From an uncultured Eubacteriales bacterium (GTDB lineage Bacteria; Acidobacteriota; Aminicenantia; Aminicenantales; Aminicenantaceae), in the NCBI GenBank assembly GCA_964433135.1, contig CAYSQW010000010.1, positions 15,758-79,757 on the forward strand: 64,000 nt of DNA, in the 5' to 3' direction. Numbering within the stretch: the stretch's first letter is position 1; the number at the start of each line of letters is the position of its first letter. Shown in pieces: positions 8,868 through 18,328 of this stretch. The notes under the pieces were generated by a model, which saw only the letters and a program-made list of their open reading frames with translations, searched no databases and had not been told where the DNA came from. Made by a program: the position numbers and the translations under genes.

Positions 8868-9713
8868 ATGCTTAAAAAGCACTCCTTTTGGATAATCCTT
8901 ACCCTGCTCATAGCCGGAGTCCATGCTCAAGCGGACCAGAGCCGGAAAGCCTACGAGCTTATCTACGATGATATCCAGCTCTTGAAACAACAGGTGCAGC
9001 TCCTGGATGATAAAATTGATCAGAACCGGGAGGATATCCTCAGCATAAAAGCTCAGATCGACGAGCTGATTACACTCAGCCGGGCCGGACAGGTCGATCA
9101 GACCCGTGTAAAGGAAGGACAGGATGAAGTCCTCTCCCAATACCGTTCCCTTCTGGAAAAGTTCGAATCGCTCAATGATCAGCTTATCAAAATGTATGAG
9201 GATATGGTTGCGATCAAACGCGCCACCCTCCCGGTCGGGGGTGAAACCGAGGAAACCGAGCCCGAACCCGCTCCCGAAGAAGAAGTCCCGGTTCCGGAAG
9301 AAACGGAAGAAACCATCCTTCCCCTAGACCCCAATCTTTCCCCTCAGGAAGTATACAACATGGCCAGATCGGATTATCTGAAAGGAAACTTTGATTTAGC
9401 AATCGAGGGATTCACCATATACGGACAGCATTTTCCCGAAAGCCCCCTCGCGGACAACGCGCTGTATTGGATCGGAGAGTGTTTCTTCAGTCAAAGCCAA
9501 TATGAAGAAGCGATCAAAAGATTCAATGCGCTTATTCTTAAATTCCCCACGGGAGACAAAATCGCCGCCGCTTATCTGAAAAAAGGAATCAGCCTGACCG
9601 AGTTGGACAAAAAAGAAGAAGCCCTGACCGTTTTCAAGCTTCTGATCAGTAAATTCCCTCTTGAAGAAGAAACGAAGATCGCACAACAAAAGATCAAAGA
9701 ACTGGGATTATAA
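8868..9713 (+). CDS. cpoB: Tol-Pal system protein CpoB/YbgF (coiled coil plus TPR)
   Basis: Signal peptide, N-terminal coiled coil, acidic ETEETEPEPAPEEE linker, and C-terminal TPR with the typical YLKGNFDLAIEGF...FPESPLADNALYWIGECFF motif. Directly after pal. Confidence 0.88.
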   Translation: MLKKHSFWIILTLLIAGVHAQADQSRKAYELIYDDIQLLKQQVQLLDDKIDQNREDILSIKAQIDELITLSRAGQVDQTRVKEGQDEVLSQYRSLLEKFESLNDQLIKMYEDMVAIKRATLPVGGETEETEPEPAPEEEVPVPEETEETILPLDPNLSPQEVYNMARSDYLKGNFDLAIEGFTIYGQHFPESPLADNALYWIGECFFSQSQYEEAIKRFNALILKFPTGDKIAAAYLKKGISLTELDKKEEALTVFKLLISKFPLEEETKIAQQKIKELGL

Positions 9714-9714
9714 C

Positions 9715-10176
9715 ATGAGAGACGTCAACAGCCTGAATAAAGTTATCCTTATCGGTCGTCTAGGCCAAAAACCAGAAATCCGGTATCTCCCCAGAACGGA
9801 AAAAGCGGTAGCGAATTTTTCCCTCGCTACAAACGAACGGACATTCAATCCGAGCACGAATGAAAGCGATGTCCGCGTGGAGTGGCATAGGATCGTCGTT
9901 TGGGATAAGCTGGCGGAATTCTGTGAGAAATACCTGACCCAGGGAAAACAGATTTTGGTGGAAGGCCGACTGCGGACCCGAAAATGGCAGGATCGCGATG
10001 GAAACAATCGCTATACGACTGAAATCAACGCTTTCAACATCATTCTTTTGGGAAAGAAAGAAGACTCGGGCCCCCGGGACGATTATGCCGAACCCAGTGC
10101 GATTTCCGAGTTCCCATCCAAAAATCAGGATTCCGTGAATGGTCTCGATCCCGATGATGAAGACGTTCCCTTTTAA
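9715..10176 (+). CDS. ssb: Single-stranded DNA-binding protein
   Basis: OB-fold N-terminus NKVILIGRLGQKPEIRYL, WHRIVVW, and an acidic C-terminal tip DPDDEDVPF. Start at ATG 9715. Confidence 0.92.
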   Translation: MRDVNSLNKVILIGRLGQKPEIRYLPRTEKAVANFSLATNERTFNPSTNESDVRVEWHRIVVWDKLAEFCEKYLTQGKQILVEGRLRTRKWQDRDGNNRYTTEINAFNIILLGKKEDSGPRDDYAEPSAISEFPSKNQDSVNGLDPDDEDVPF

Positions 10177-10266
10177 ACGGGAATCATCCGGCGAGAAGAT
10201 GTAGTTTCAGGGAAAGAAGATACCTTTTGTTCTTTTCCAAACAAACCGCCCCAGGGGAGGATATCC

Positions 10267-10653
10267 ATGCCGCATAAGTGGGATGATGATTACGGTCGGC
10301 AATTCAGAGCCCAGATCACGGAAGACATCCGCCCCTGGGGAAAGTTTCGCGCCTATCCCCACAAAGATGCCGGAAGCTTGAAAATCATCACCGTCAATCC
10401 GGGAGGAACCCTATCCCTGCAGTACCATAATCGGCGCAGTGAGTATTGGGTCGTGCTTGACGAGGGCCTGGAGGTTACGGTTAATGATACCTGCTGGAAG
10501 CCGGATAGGGCAGAGGAGATTTATATCCCCGTTCAAGCCCGGCACCGTCTGCGGTGTGTCGGCGACCACCCCGCCCGAATCATGGAAATCTGGTTAGGCC
10601 GTTCCGAAGAAGACGATATCGTACGTTTGGATGACGCCTACGGCAGGGAATAA
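10267..10653 (+). CDS. Cupin-domain protein (mannose-6-phosphate isomerase type II C-terminal-like)
   Basis: 128 aa with WGKFRAY...LKIITVNPGGTLSLQYHNRRSEYWVV...IPVQARHRL, typical of ManC-type cupin modules. Confidence 0.75.
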   Translation: MPHKWDDDYGRQFRAQITEDIRPWGKFRAYPHKDAGSLKIITVNPGGTLSLQYHNRRSEYWVVLDEGLEVTVNDTCWKPDRAEEIYIPVQARHRLRCVGDHPARIMEIWLGRSEEDDIVRLDDAYGRE

Positions 10654-10659
10654 TCCCGC

Positions 10660-12423
10660 TCAAGTAACCTGATCCATAAGAAACACTTCCGGAAACTGGA
10701 CCAGTACCTTTTCTATTATGAATTCTTCCACTTCCTGAGACGTGCGCAGCGACATGGCTTGCCGAACCCATTCCGTGACCATGCTGCAGTCCACCGAACG
10801 CAGGGCATTTTTAATCCGGGGTATAAAGATCGGATTCATGCTGAAGGTTCTCAATCCAAGCCCCAACAAAACCAACGCGGACAAGGGATCCGCGGCCATT
10901 TCGCCGCAGACGGCAACATCTTTCCCGGCATTCCGCGCCGTCTCGATAATGTATTTCAAAAGGCGCAGCACCGAAGGATGCAGGGGCTTATACAAATAGG
11001 AAACCAGTTCGTTGGAGCGATCGACCGCCAGGTAATACTGGATCAGATCATTGGTGCCGACACTGATGAAATCCACTTCCTGAACAATCATATCCGTAAT
11101 CGCGGCGGCGGCCGGGACCTCGATCATGACCCCGAGCGGGATGTTCTCATCGAATTTGACCTTCTCGGATCGAAGCTCCTGCTTGACTTCACGAAAAAGC
11201 TGTTTCACTTCTTCGATCTCCTCAAATTCCGTGATCATCGGTATGATCACGCGCAGATTGCCGAGAACACTGGCTCTAAGAACGGCTCGAAGCTGGATTT
11301 TGAATAGGGGGCGGTCCCGCAGTGAAAGCCGAATCGCACGCAGCCCCAATGCCGGATTAGGCTCCTTGTCGACCTTCATCTGAGGAACTCTTTTTTCCCC
11401 GCCGACGTCCACGGTCCGGATATAGACCGGTCTCGGGTGTGCATCCTTGGCTAAACGCGAGTAAACCTGATAGTGATCCTCTTCGCTTGGATGGGTGATA
11501 CTCCGGAAATAAATGAACTCCGAGCGAAACAATCCAATGCCTTCGGCGCCGAGGGACAAAGCTAAGCCGACCTCTTCGGACAATTCGATATTCGCCATGG
11601 GATAGAAATCGATATTATCCCGGGTGGCGGGCGTTAATTTAGCGGTCTTCTTGAGTTCCTGCTGATAATCATCGTATTTCTTTTGCTTGCTGATGAATTC
11701 TTTCCGAATCGCAAGAGGGGGATTGATGATGACCTCACCATCCGTACCATCCACGATCAACCAGTCTCCATCTTTTACCTTGCGGGTGATATTCCGAAGG
11801 CCGACGACAGCCGGAATATTCAATGAACGAGCCAGAATGGCGGTATGAGAGGTTTTGCCTCCCATGTCCAGAGCGACGGCCAGCACGTTGCCCCGGCTGA
11901 GGCGCGACGCCGCTTCCGAAGGCAGAAGATCATGAGCAATCAGAATCTTTTCACCGTCATCATCCTTCTCCCGCCGACCGGCAGGTTCCAGATTGCGATA
12001 CACCTTCAGTAGCACATCCGAAACATCCGATTTTCGTTCCCGGAAATATTCATCGGCGATGGCATCGAAAATCTTCCGATATTTATCATGAACCTGAGAG
12101 ATGGCCCACTCCGCCCGGGCCTCCTCCTCCCTTATGATCTTCTCCAAACCGAATAAAAGCGATTTGTCTTCCAGAATGAGTAGATGCGCTTCAAAAATGA
12201 ACGCATGTTCTTCCCCAACCTTAGCCTTGATCTTATTTTTGATGAGAACAAGCTGTTTCCGGGTACGTTCGACGGCCCGGCCCAAACGCTTGATTTCATT
12301 CGGGATCTTGTTGCCGGGGATGGATTCTTTGCGCAAGGGAAAGGCCACTTTCTCCGTGAGTAGGACCTCGCCGATGGCCACACCGGGGGAGACGCCGGTT
12401 CCTCTCAGTCTGGAAAAAGGCAT
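10660..12423 (-). CDS. ptsI: Phosphoenolpyruvate-protein phosphotransferase (PTS enzyme I)
   Basis: 587 aa. Active-site region GGKTSHTAILARSLNIPAVVG and PEP-utilising C-terminal motifs (FRSEFIY, IGTNDLIQY, CGEMA). Confidence 0.93.
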   Translation of the reverse strand: MPFSRLRGTGVSPGVAIGEVLLTEKVAFPLRKESIPGNKIPNEIKRLGRAVERTRKQLVLIKNKIKAKVGEEHAFIFEAHLLILEDKSLLFGLEKIIREEEARAEWAISQVHDKYRKIFDAIADEYFRERKSDVSDVLLKVYRNLEPAGRREKDDDGEKILIAHDLLPSEAASRLSRGNVLAVALDMGGKTSHTAILARSLNIPAVVGLRNITRKVKDGDWLIVDGTDGEVIINPPLAIRKEFISKQKKYDDYQQELKKTAKLTPATRDNIDFYPMANIELSEEVGLALSLGAEGIGLFRSEFIYFRSITHPSEEDHYQVYSRLAKDAHPRPVYIRTVDVGGEKRVPQMKVDKEPNPALGLRAIRLSLRDRPLFKIQLRAVLRASVLGNLRVIIPMITEFEEIEEVKQLFREVKQELRSEKVKFDENIPLGVMIEVPAAAAITDMIVQEVDFISVGTNDLIQYYLAVDRSNELVSYLYKPLHPSVLRLLKYIIETARNAGKDVAVCGEMAADPLSALVLLGLGLRTFSMNPIFIPRIKNALRSVDCSMVTEWVRQAMSLRTSQEVEEFIIEKVLVQFPEVFLMDQVT

Positions 12424-12431
12424 GGAATCCC

Positions 12432-12701
12432 CTATTCGTCCTCCTGAAATTTCTCATCGATGAGAGCCACGAGGGCTTTCAATGCCGCCGTTTCATCAGA
12501 ACCGGTCGTTTTTATCGTGATCTCCGAGCCTTGAACGGCGGCCAGCGTCAGAAGTCCCAGGATGCTCTTCCCATCCACTTCATTCCCATCTTTTTCAATC
12601 CGAACGCTCGAAACGAAGCGATTGGAAAGGTTCATCAGTTTGACCGCGGCCCGGGCATGAAGCCCGAGCTTGTTCTTTATCAATACTTTTTTTTCTGTCA
12701 T
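12432..12701 (-). CDS. ptsH: Phosphocarrier protein HPr
   Basis: His15 motif NKLGLHARAA and Ser46 motif DGKSILGLLTL are both present. ATG at 12701 is preferred over the TTG at 12716. Confidence 0.9.
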   Translation of the reverse strand: MTEKKVLIKNKLGLHARAAVKLMNLSNRFVSSVRIEKDGNEVDGKSILGLLTLAAVQGSEITIKTTGSDETAALKALVALIDEKFQEDE

Positions 12702-12716
12702 GGAATTACTACTCAA

Positions 12717-13121
12717 TCAATTTTTTGCGCTCAGAAGGGCGCTGGCAAGATGGATATTCTTTTTTCCCTGCTCGACTACTTTTTTGGCGACATCTTTCAG
12801 ATTATTGCCTCTCTGAAGAGAAACGAACTTTATCAGCATGGGGAGGTTAACCCCGGTAATGATTTCCACCTGGTTATCCTTAAGAAAGCTGAAACTCAGA
12901 TTAGACGGCGTCCCTCCAAACATATCCGTGAAGATCAGAACGCCTTTCTTCTGGTTCACCTTTTTCATGGCTTGGTAAATCTTTCTTTTTGATTCCTCGA
13001 CGTCATCATACCAGCCGATCGAGATGGCCTGCATATTTACGGTTTCTCCTAGGATGATCGTCAGCGCATTCATGAGTTCCTCGGCCAATTTTCCATGGGA
13101 TACGATGATTCCACCAATCAT
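12717..13121 (-). CDS. PTS mannose/fructose-family EIIA component
   Basis: 134 aa. N-terminus MIGGIIVSHGKLAEEL carries the phosphorylatable His, and TDMFGGTP motif is present. No EIIB, EIIC or EIID gene is adjacent. Confidence 0.85.
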   Translation of the reverse strand: MIGGIIVSHGKLAEELMNALTIILGETVNMQAISIGWYDDVEESKRKIYQAMKKVNQKKGVLIFTDMFGGTPSNLSFSFLKDNQVEIITGVNLPMLIKFVSLQRGNNLKDVAKKVVEQGKKNIHLASALLSAKN

Positions 13122-13246
13122 GATTTACCTCTGTTTGATAATCTTCATTTATTCGGAATTCCCCGGTGCTCTTATCATCAAGACGTCAGACCGTATAATG
13201 TATTTTACCATCTCTCGATATTAACCTTAAGATTTTTTTACGTGAA

Positions 13247-13263
13247 ATGCAAGTATGGCCCCA
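13247..13263 (-). promoter_or_regulatory. Weak candidate sigma-54 (-24/-12) promoter upstream of EIIA-Man/HPr/EI
   Basis: The minus strand reads TGGGGCCATACTTGCAT. GG and GC have the canonical spacing of TGGCACG-N4-TTGCW, but 3 of the non-core positions deviate. A sigma-70-like TTAAGG-17-TAAAAT (with TG extension) also lies in the same 182 nt gap. Confidence 0.25.
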
Positions 13264-13303
13264 TGCATGGGAATAAAGCCGTCGTATCCGGGGACGAACC
13301 GGA

Positions 13304-14161
13304 CTATTTATACATATCCCGGTGATAGATCCGTGTGATGTACTTCTTCGTGGTGAGATGCGCCTCGAGCTTTTCCGCCACCATGACCGAGCGGTGCTTT
13401 CCTCCGGTACACCCGATGGATATCGTCAGGTAACTTTTCCCTTCATCCGTGAATCGGGGGATTAAATAATCGATGAAGCGAAACATCTCCTTGAGAAATT
13501 TCCTGGTGTCGTCCGAACTGCAGATAAATTTCTGCACATCGCCGTCAAGTCCGGTTTTTTCTCTAAGCTCATCCACATAGTACGGATTGGGCAAAAAGCG
13601 GGTATCCAGAACGAGATCGGAATCCAGGGGAATCCCATACTTGTAGCCGAAACTGACGACCACGATCCGGAGCCGAACCGCGCGTCCCTCTTGAAATCTC
13701 TGCGTCAGTATTTTTTTGAACTCGGTTATATTCAGCGCGGTGGTATCGATGATTTCATCCGCCAGGGTTTTTATTCCCTCGAGCCTTTTTCGCTCCAGGA
13801 TCACATTTTCCAGGATCGATTTCTTTTCCGTCAGGGGATGCGGCCGCCGGCTTTCACTGAACCGCTTGATAAGGGTTTCGTTCGACGCGTCAAGGAAGAT
13901 CAAACGGGAAGACACCTTTTCCCGAATGCCGCTTAAAACTCTTGGAAACTCGGTCGCGAATCCGGCTTCCCGGATATCCACGATCAAGGCGACGCGCCCG
14001 ATCTCCACTTCTTTACGCCGCCATAGATCGACAAAGCTGGGAATGAGTTTGGCGGGCAGATTATCCACACAGTAATAACCGAGATCTTCCAGAAAACGGC
14101 TGGCGGCCGTTTTTCCCGATCCGGATAACCCCGTGATAATAAGGAAGCGTTTTCCTTTCAT
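13304..14161 (-). CDS. rapZ: RNase adapter protein RapZ (YhbJ)
   Basis: P-loop ITGLSGSGKT, C-terminal IGCTGGKHRSV motif, 285 aa. Confidence 0.92.
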   Translation of the reverse strand: MKGKRFLIITGLSGSGKTAASRFLEDLGYYCVDNLPAKLIPSFVDLWRRKEVEIGRVALIVDIREAGFATEFPRVLSGIREKVSSRLIFLDASNETLIKRFSESRRPHPLTEKKSILENVILERKRLEGIKTLADEIIDTTALNITEFKKILTQRFQEGRAVRLRIVVVSFGYKYGIPLDSDLVLDTRFLPNPYYVDELREKTGLDGDVQKFICSSDDTRKFLKEMFRFIDYLIPRFTDEGKSYLTISIGCTGGKHRSVMVAEKLEAHLTTKKYITRIYHRDMYK

Positions 14162-14172
14162 ATGGATATCCT

Positions 14173-15093
14173 TCAGACTTTAGGTTTCCGAATCAAGGCG
14201 CGGTTCAATCTTCGGATCAATTCCTGCGGAGCATGCGTTCCCCTTTCCCGCTGCATATGCACCCTGCAGGCGACTTCGATCAGCGTGGCTATGTTCCTTC
14301 CCAAAGCCACCGGAATACTCATCTGTGGGATACTCACGCCTAAGATTTCATGCTTTTCCAAGGGCTTCAATCCCAGGCGATCGTATTCTTTGCCCTCTTC
14401 CCAACGGTTCAGTTTAATAACGAGATCGATTTCCGCGTGCGGAGAGATCGCCTTGGGTCCAAAGATATCCCGAATGTTTATGATACCCAAGCCGCGGACT
14501 TCCATGAGATCTCGTATAATTTCCGGGGCGGTTCCATAAAGTCGATGGCTTCCCCGCTTGTGAACGCAGGTAACGTCGTCGGAAACGAAATGATATCCGC
14601 GGGAGATCAACTCAAGCGTACTCTCACTCTTTCCGATCCCGGAATCACCGACGATCATGACTCCCAGTTCGGATATCTTAAGCAGTCCTCCCGAAACCAA
14701 TTTCTCCCCAGAGAACAACGACGCGGTCAGCAACTTCACTTCTTCACGGCATTTTTCCCATGGAAGATCGGAACGAAACAGCGTGATCTCTTTTTTTCGG
14801 GCCTCTTCGAGCATTTCAGGAAAATACTCCGCCCGGTCGGCGGCGATGACCGCCACCATGTCATCATCCAAATGTTCTGATGCAAAAAACCGTCGTTGAT
14901 TTTCCGGCAGGTTTTCGAATTCCTTAAAAAATTTCTCACCCCAAACCCGAACCGGGAGAACTTTGAGGGGCAGGGATGAAGACGCCAGAGGTCGGGAAAA
15001 TCCGGCCCGTTGAACGATATGCAGTTTCAGTGATTCCTTGTGCTTTTTAAAAAAATCACGCAGCAATGGGGAAGGGGGGTTCCCTTTATTCAT
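14173..15093 (-). CDS. hprK: HPr kinase/phosphorylase
   Basis: P-loop GDSGIGKSE, followed by HFVSDD and the signature LMEVRGLGIINI. Confidence 0.9.
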   Translation of the reverse strand: MNKGNPPSPLLRDFFKKHKESLKLHIVQRAGFSRPLASSSLPLKVLPVRVWGEKFFKEFENLPENQRRFFASEHLDDDMVAVIAADRAEYFPEMLEEARKKEITLFRSDLPWEKCREEVKLLTASLFSGEKLVSGGLLKISELGVMIVGDSGIGKSESTLELISRGYHFVSDDVTCVHKRGSHRLYGTAPEIIRDLMEVRGLGIINIRDIFGPKAISPHAEIDLVIKLNRWEEGKEYDRLGLKPLEKHEILGVSIPQMSIPVALGRNIATLIEVACRVHMQRERGTHAPQELIRRLNRALIRKPKV

Positions 15094-15556
15094 TTATCTT
15101 GTCTTCTTCGTCCCGAACGGCCTCGAGGATCATCCCCGTACTTTGGGCCTTAAGCACCCGATGCAGAAGCGGTTTCGCCTTCCTGACGAGATGGGCGATC
15201 GCGGCCAGGATCTGGAGGTTCAAACTGGGGTTTTCAGGAGAAGAGACCACGAGAAAGAAAAGATGAGACGGTTTTCCATCCAGCGCGAGAAAATCCACTC
15301 CACGGCGTGATACCGCCAGCAGCACAATGGGATTCTTGACGGATTTCAGTTTGCAGTGCGGGATGGCGACGCCTTCACCGATGGCCGTGCTTCCCAGCTC
15401 TTCACGTTTGATCAGTTTTTCAAAGAGATCTTTTCCTTTTGCGATACGTTCCCGTTTCTTTAAAAATCCGACCATTTCCTTTAAAACAGCATCCCGCGAA
15501 TCGGCTTCCATGTCCAGAAGGATCATGTCCTGGGTTAATAGGTTATATATTTTCAC
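15086..15556 (-). CDS. ptsN: PTS EIIA-Ntr (nitrogen regulatory IIA)
   Basis: 156 aa of the PTS_EIIA_2 type, with STAIGEGVAIPHC containing the phospho-His. Located in the rpoN-hpf-ptsN context. Confidence 0.88.
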   Translation of the reverse strand: MKIYNLLTQDMILLDMEADSRDAVLKEMVGFLKKRERIAKGKDLFEKLIKREELGSTAIGEGVAIPHCKLKSVKNPIVLLAVSRRGVDFLALDGKPSHLFFLVVSSPENPSLNLQILAAIAHLVRKAKPLLHRVLKAQSTGMILEAVRDEEDKINE

Positions 15557-15571
15557 TTGCTTCTCTCTGCT

Positions 15572-16093
15572 TCATTCGGGTTCGATCAAACCGATATTTC
15601 CGTCTTTCCTTTCGTACAGGACGGCCCACCTGTCGGAATCCGATTTTCTGAATACCAGGATCTCTTTTTTTGTAGATTCTAAATGGATCAGCGCTTCCTC
15701 GACGGACATGGGTTTTGGGGAATACTCGTGTATGCGCACAACGCGTTTTCCTTCTTCCTCATCCTCGGATACGGAGGGCGCTTCCATGATCTTGTTTCCG
15801 CGCCGCTTGCGTTCCCTCAATTTCTGGCGTTCCTTTTTGACGCGCTTTTCAATCCGATCGAACGCCATTGTCAGGGAGCTGTGCATATCCGAGGTTTCCT
15901 CATCGGCATTGAGGGTTCCTCCCTTGATCTTTATCGTGATTTCAGCTATCTGACGGTATTTTTCTACAGAAAGCTTGCAGTGGGTTTCCACCGGATAACC
16001 GAGTAATTTCTCGATGGATTTAAGCCTCCGCTCACAAACCTTTTCAATCTCCGGGGTGATCACGGTACGCTTTGCGGTATAGTTTATATTCAT
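15572..16093 (-). CDS. hpf: Ribosome hibernation promoting factor, long form
   Basis: S30AE/RaiA N-domain plus C-terminal dimerisation domain (ILVFRKSDSDRWAVLYERKDGNIGLIEPE). ATG 16093 overlaps the rpoN TGA (ATGA) and is preceded by GGAGGGA. Confidence 0.88.
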   Translation of the reverse strand: MNINYTAKRTVITPEIEKVCERRLKSIEKLLGYPVETHCKLSVEKYRQIAEITIKIKGGTLNADEETSDMHSSLTMAFDRIEKRVKKERQKLRERKRRGNKIMEAPSVSEDEEEGKRVVRIHEYSPKPMSVEEALIHLESTKKEILVFRKSDSDRWAVLYERKDGNIGLIEPE

Positions 16094-17571
16094 GATGTTC
16101 CCTCCATCCAATACTGTCGTTTTCGTATATGTGAAGGCGGAATCCCAAGTTGTTTCCTGTATTTGGCGACCGTCCTGCGGGCGATGTTGAAATTTTCCTT
16201 GGCAAGGGTATCGCCGATTTCGATGTCGCTTAAAGGATTGTCATGGTTTTCCGTCTCCAAAAGCTTTTTTATTCTGTCCTTAACCCTGAGCGAGGAGACC
16301 TCTTCGCCATAATCGCCGGTGAGAGATTTATGGAAGAAGTACTTAAGTGGGAACACTCCTCGGGGGGTCATCATGTATTTGTTTGAAACAACCCGGCCCA
16401 CGGTCGATTCATGAACACCGATTTCCTGAGCCAGTTCGATCAAAGTCAGGGGTTTGATATAATCTATACCTCGTTCGATGAAATCCCGCTGCTTGTCGAC
16501 GATGTTCTTGGCGACTTTATAGATGGTCTGATTTCTCTGGTCCAGACTGCGTAGGAACCAAAACGCTTTTTTCATCTTCTCTTTCAAAAACCGACAGGCT
16601 TCGGTATTCTCCTTGGAACTCTGCGTCATCAGCGTGCGGTAAAATCCATTGATTCTCAAACGAGGGAGCCCTTCATCGTTCAAATAGATATTCAGCTTAC
16701 CGTCCTCTTTTCTTACAACGATATCCGGCACGATATAAAACGTCTTTTCATGACTGAACTTTCTTCCGGGAGTGGGTTCCAATCTTTTGATGATTTCGAT
16801 ATGCTCCCGCAGTTCGTCCAACGTTATTTCCAGTTCTTTCGCCAGTTGGGGGAAATTGGATTTTTCCAGCAATGGCAGATAAAACTCGACGATACTCCGG
16901 GGGATCGGATTCTCGATCCCGTAGTATTCCAGCTGGACCAGAAGGGCTTCCTTCACATTCAAGCTTCCGGCCCCGATGGGGTCGAAATGCATGATTTTCT
17001 CGCGTATGGATTCAACGATTTCCGCCGACGTCTCCATGGTCTGAATGATTTCCTCCAATGAGGACGTCAGATAACCATCATCATTGATGTTGCCGATGAT
17101 GTACTGGGCGATTTCCTTCTCCTTCGCATCAAAGAATGTCAGGTTCGCCTGCCAGTTCAAATGATCCCAGAGGCTTACACTCTTCGACACGAAGTTTTCC
17201 AAAACCGGCGCTTCCTTTTTCTCATGAGAATACGTGCGCATCCCATTATCGAAGTATTCCTGAAAATAGGCGTCGAACTCTTTGTCTTCCTCGGATTTCG
17301 AGGAATCCAATCCATCCTCTTTTCCCGTCGGAGCGGCTTCCCGTTCCCGTCCCGCCTCCATTTCCTTCGATTCCTGGGAAGCCGCGGGATCCACTTTTTC
17401 ATCCGAAATTTCTTCTTCGATCTCCAGCATCGGATTTTGAGCCAACTCTTCATCAATGATTTCGATCAGCTCCAGATTGGTGAGCGGCAGGAGTTTAATG
17501 GCCTGCTGCAGGGCGGGTGCCAGAATAAGGCGCTGTACCTGACGTTGATGGAGTTGTTGTTTGAGCGCCAT
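16090..17571 (-). CDS. rpoN: RNA polymerase sigma-54 factor
   Basis: Region I (LKQQLHQRQVQRLILAPALQQAIKLL), an acidic region II, and a C-terminal HTH plus RpoN box (ARRTVAKYR). Confidence 0.95.
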   Translation of the reverse strand: MALKQQLHQRQVQRLILAPALQQAIKLLPLTNLELIEIIDEELAQNPMLEIEEEISDEKVDPAASQESKEMEAGREREAAPTGKEDGLDSSKSEEDKEFDAYFQEYFDNGMRTYSHEKKEAPVLENFVSKSVSLWDHLNWQANLTFFDAKEKEIAQYIIGNINDDGYLTSSLEEIIQTMETSAEIVESIREKIMHFDPIGAGSLNVKEALLVQLEYYGIENPIPRSIVEFYLPLLEKSNFPQLAKELEITLDELREHIEIIKRLEPTPGRKFSHEKTFYIVPDIVVRKEDGKLNIYLNDEGLPRLRINGFYRTLMTQSSKENTEACRFLKEKMKKAFWFLRSLDQRNQTIYKVAKNIVDKQRDFIERGIDYIKPLTLIELAQEIGVHESTVGRVVSNKYMMTPRGVFPLKYFFHKSLTGDYGEEVSSLRVKDRIKKLLETENHDNPLSDIEIGDTLAKENFNIARRTVAKYRKQLGIPPSHIRKRQYWMEGTS

Positions 17572-17593
17572 GGTTTATCCTCTCTCCATCTTT

Positions 17594-18325
17594 TCAGTTA
17601 TCAAGGTTGAAGTCCTCTCCCAAGTAGCTTCGTTTTACTTCCCGGGAAGAAACCAATTCCTGAGGCGTCCCTTCCTTCAAGATTTTCCCATCGCTGATGA
17701 TGTATGCTCGATCGGTGATTTCCAATGTTTCCCGCACACTATGATCCGTGATCAGCAACCCTATCCCCTTTTCCTTAAGTTTGATGATGATCTGCTGAAG
17801 ATCCCGAATCGCCAAGGGATCGATCCCGGTGAACGGTTCATCCAATAAAATGAACTGCGGATGGGTCACAAGAGCCCGGGCGATCTCCAGTCGGCGTCTC
17901 TCTCCTCCTGAGAGCGTATATGCCTTTGCCGATCTCAGGTGAGTCAGTCCCAATTCTTTCAGCGTCTCGGCCACTTGGCTTTTCTCTCGATTCGAATGAT
18001 TGCCCATCATCTCCAGAACGGAAAGCAGGTTGTCTGCGACACTCAATTTACGAAAGATCGAAGGTTCCTGAGGAAGCAAGCATAGTCCCTTCCTGGCCCG
18101 CGTGTACATGGGAAGCCGGGAGATGTTCTCGCCCCCCAAAAATATTTCGCCCTGATCTGGAGGCAACAGCCCTAAGATAAGAGAAAACGTAGTCGTTTTA
18201 CCCGCTCCGTTGGGACCGAGAAGCCCTACGATCTCTCTTTCCTCGACACATACGGAAACATCATCGACGACTTTCCGTTTCCGATAGCTTTTTTCCAACC
18301 TTACGGCTTCCAGGATTTTGGTCAT
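17594..18325 (-). CDS. lptB: LPS export ABC transporter ATP-binding protein LptB
   Basis: Walker A GPNGAGKTT, signature LSGGERRRLEIARAL, Walker B ILLDEP. Located immediately upstream of rpoN. Confidence 0.93.
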   Translation of the reverse strand: MTKILEAVRLEKSYRKRKVVDDVSVCVEEREIVGLLGPNGAGKTTTFSLILGLLPPDQGEIFLGGENISRLPMYTRARKGLCLLPQEPSIFRKLSVADNLLSVLEMMGNHSNREKSQVAETLKELGLTHLRSAKAYTLSGGERRRLEIARALVTHPQFILLDEPFTGIDPLAIRDLQQIIIKLKEKGIGLLITDHSVRETLEITDRAYIISDGKILKEGTPQELVSSREVKRSYLGEDFNLDN

Positions 18326-18328
18326 ATA

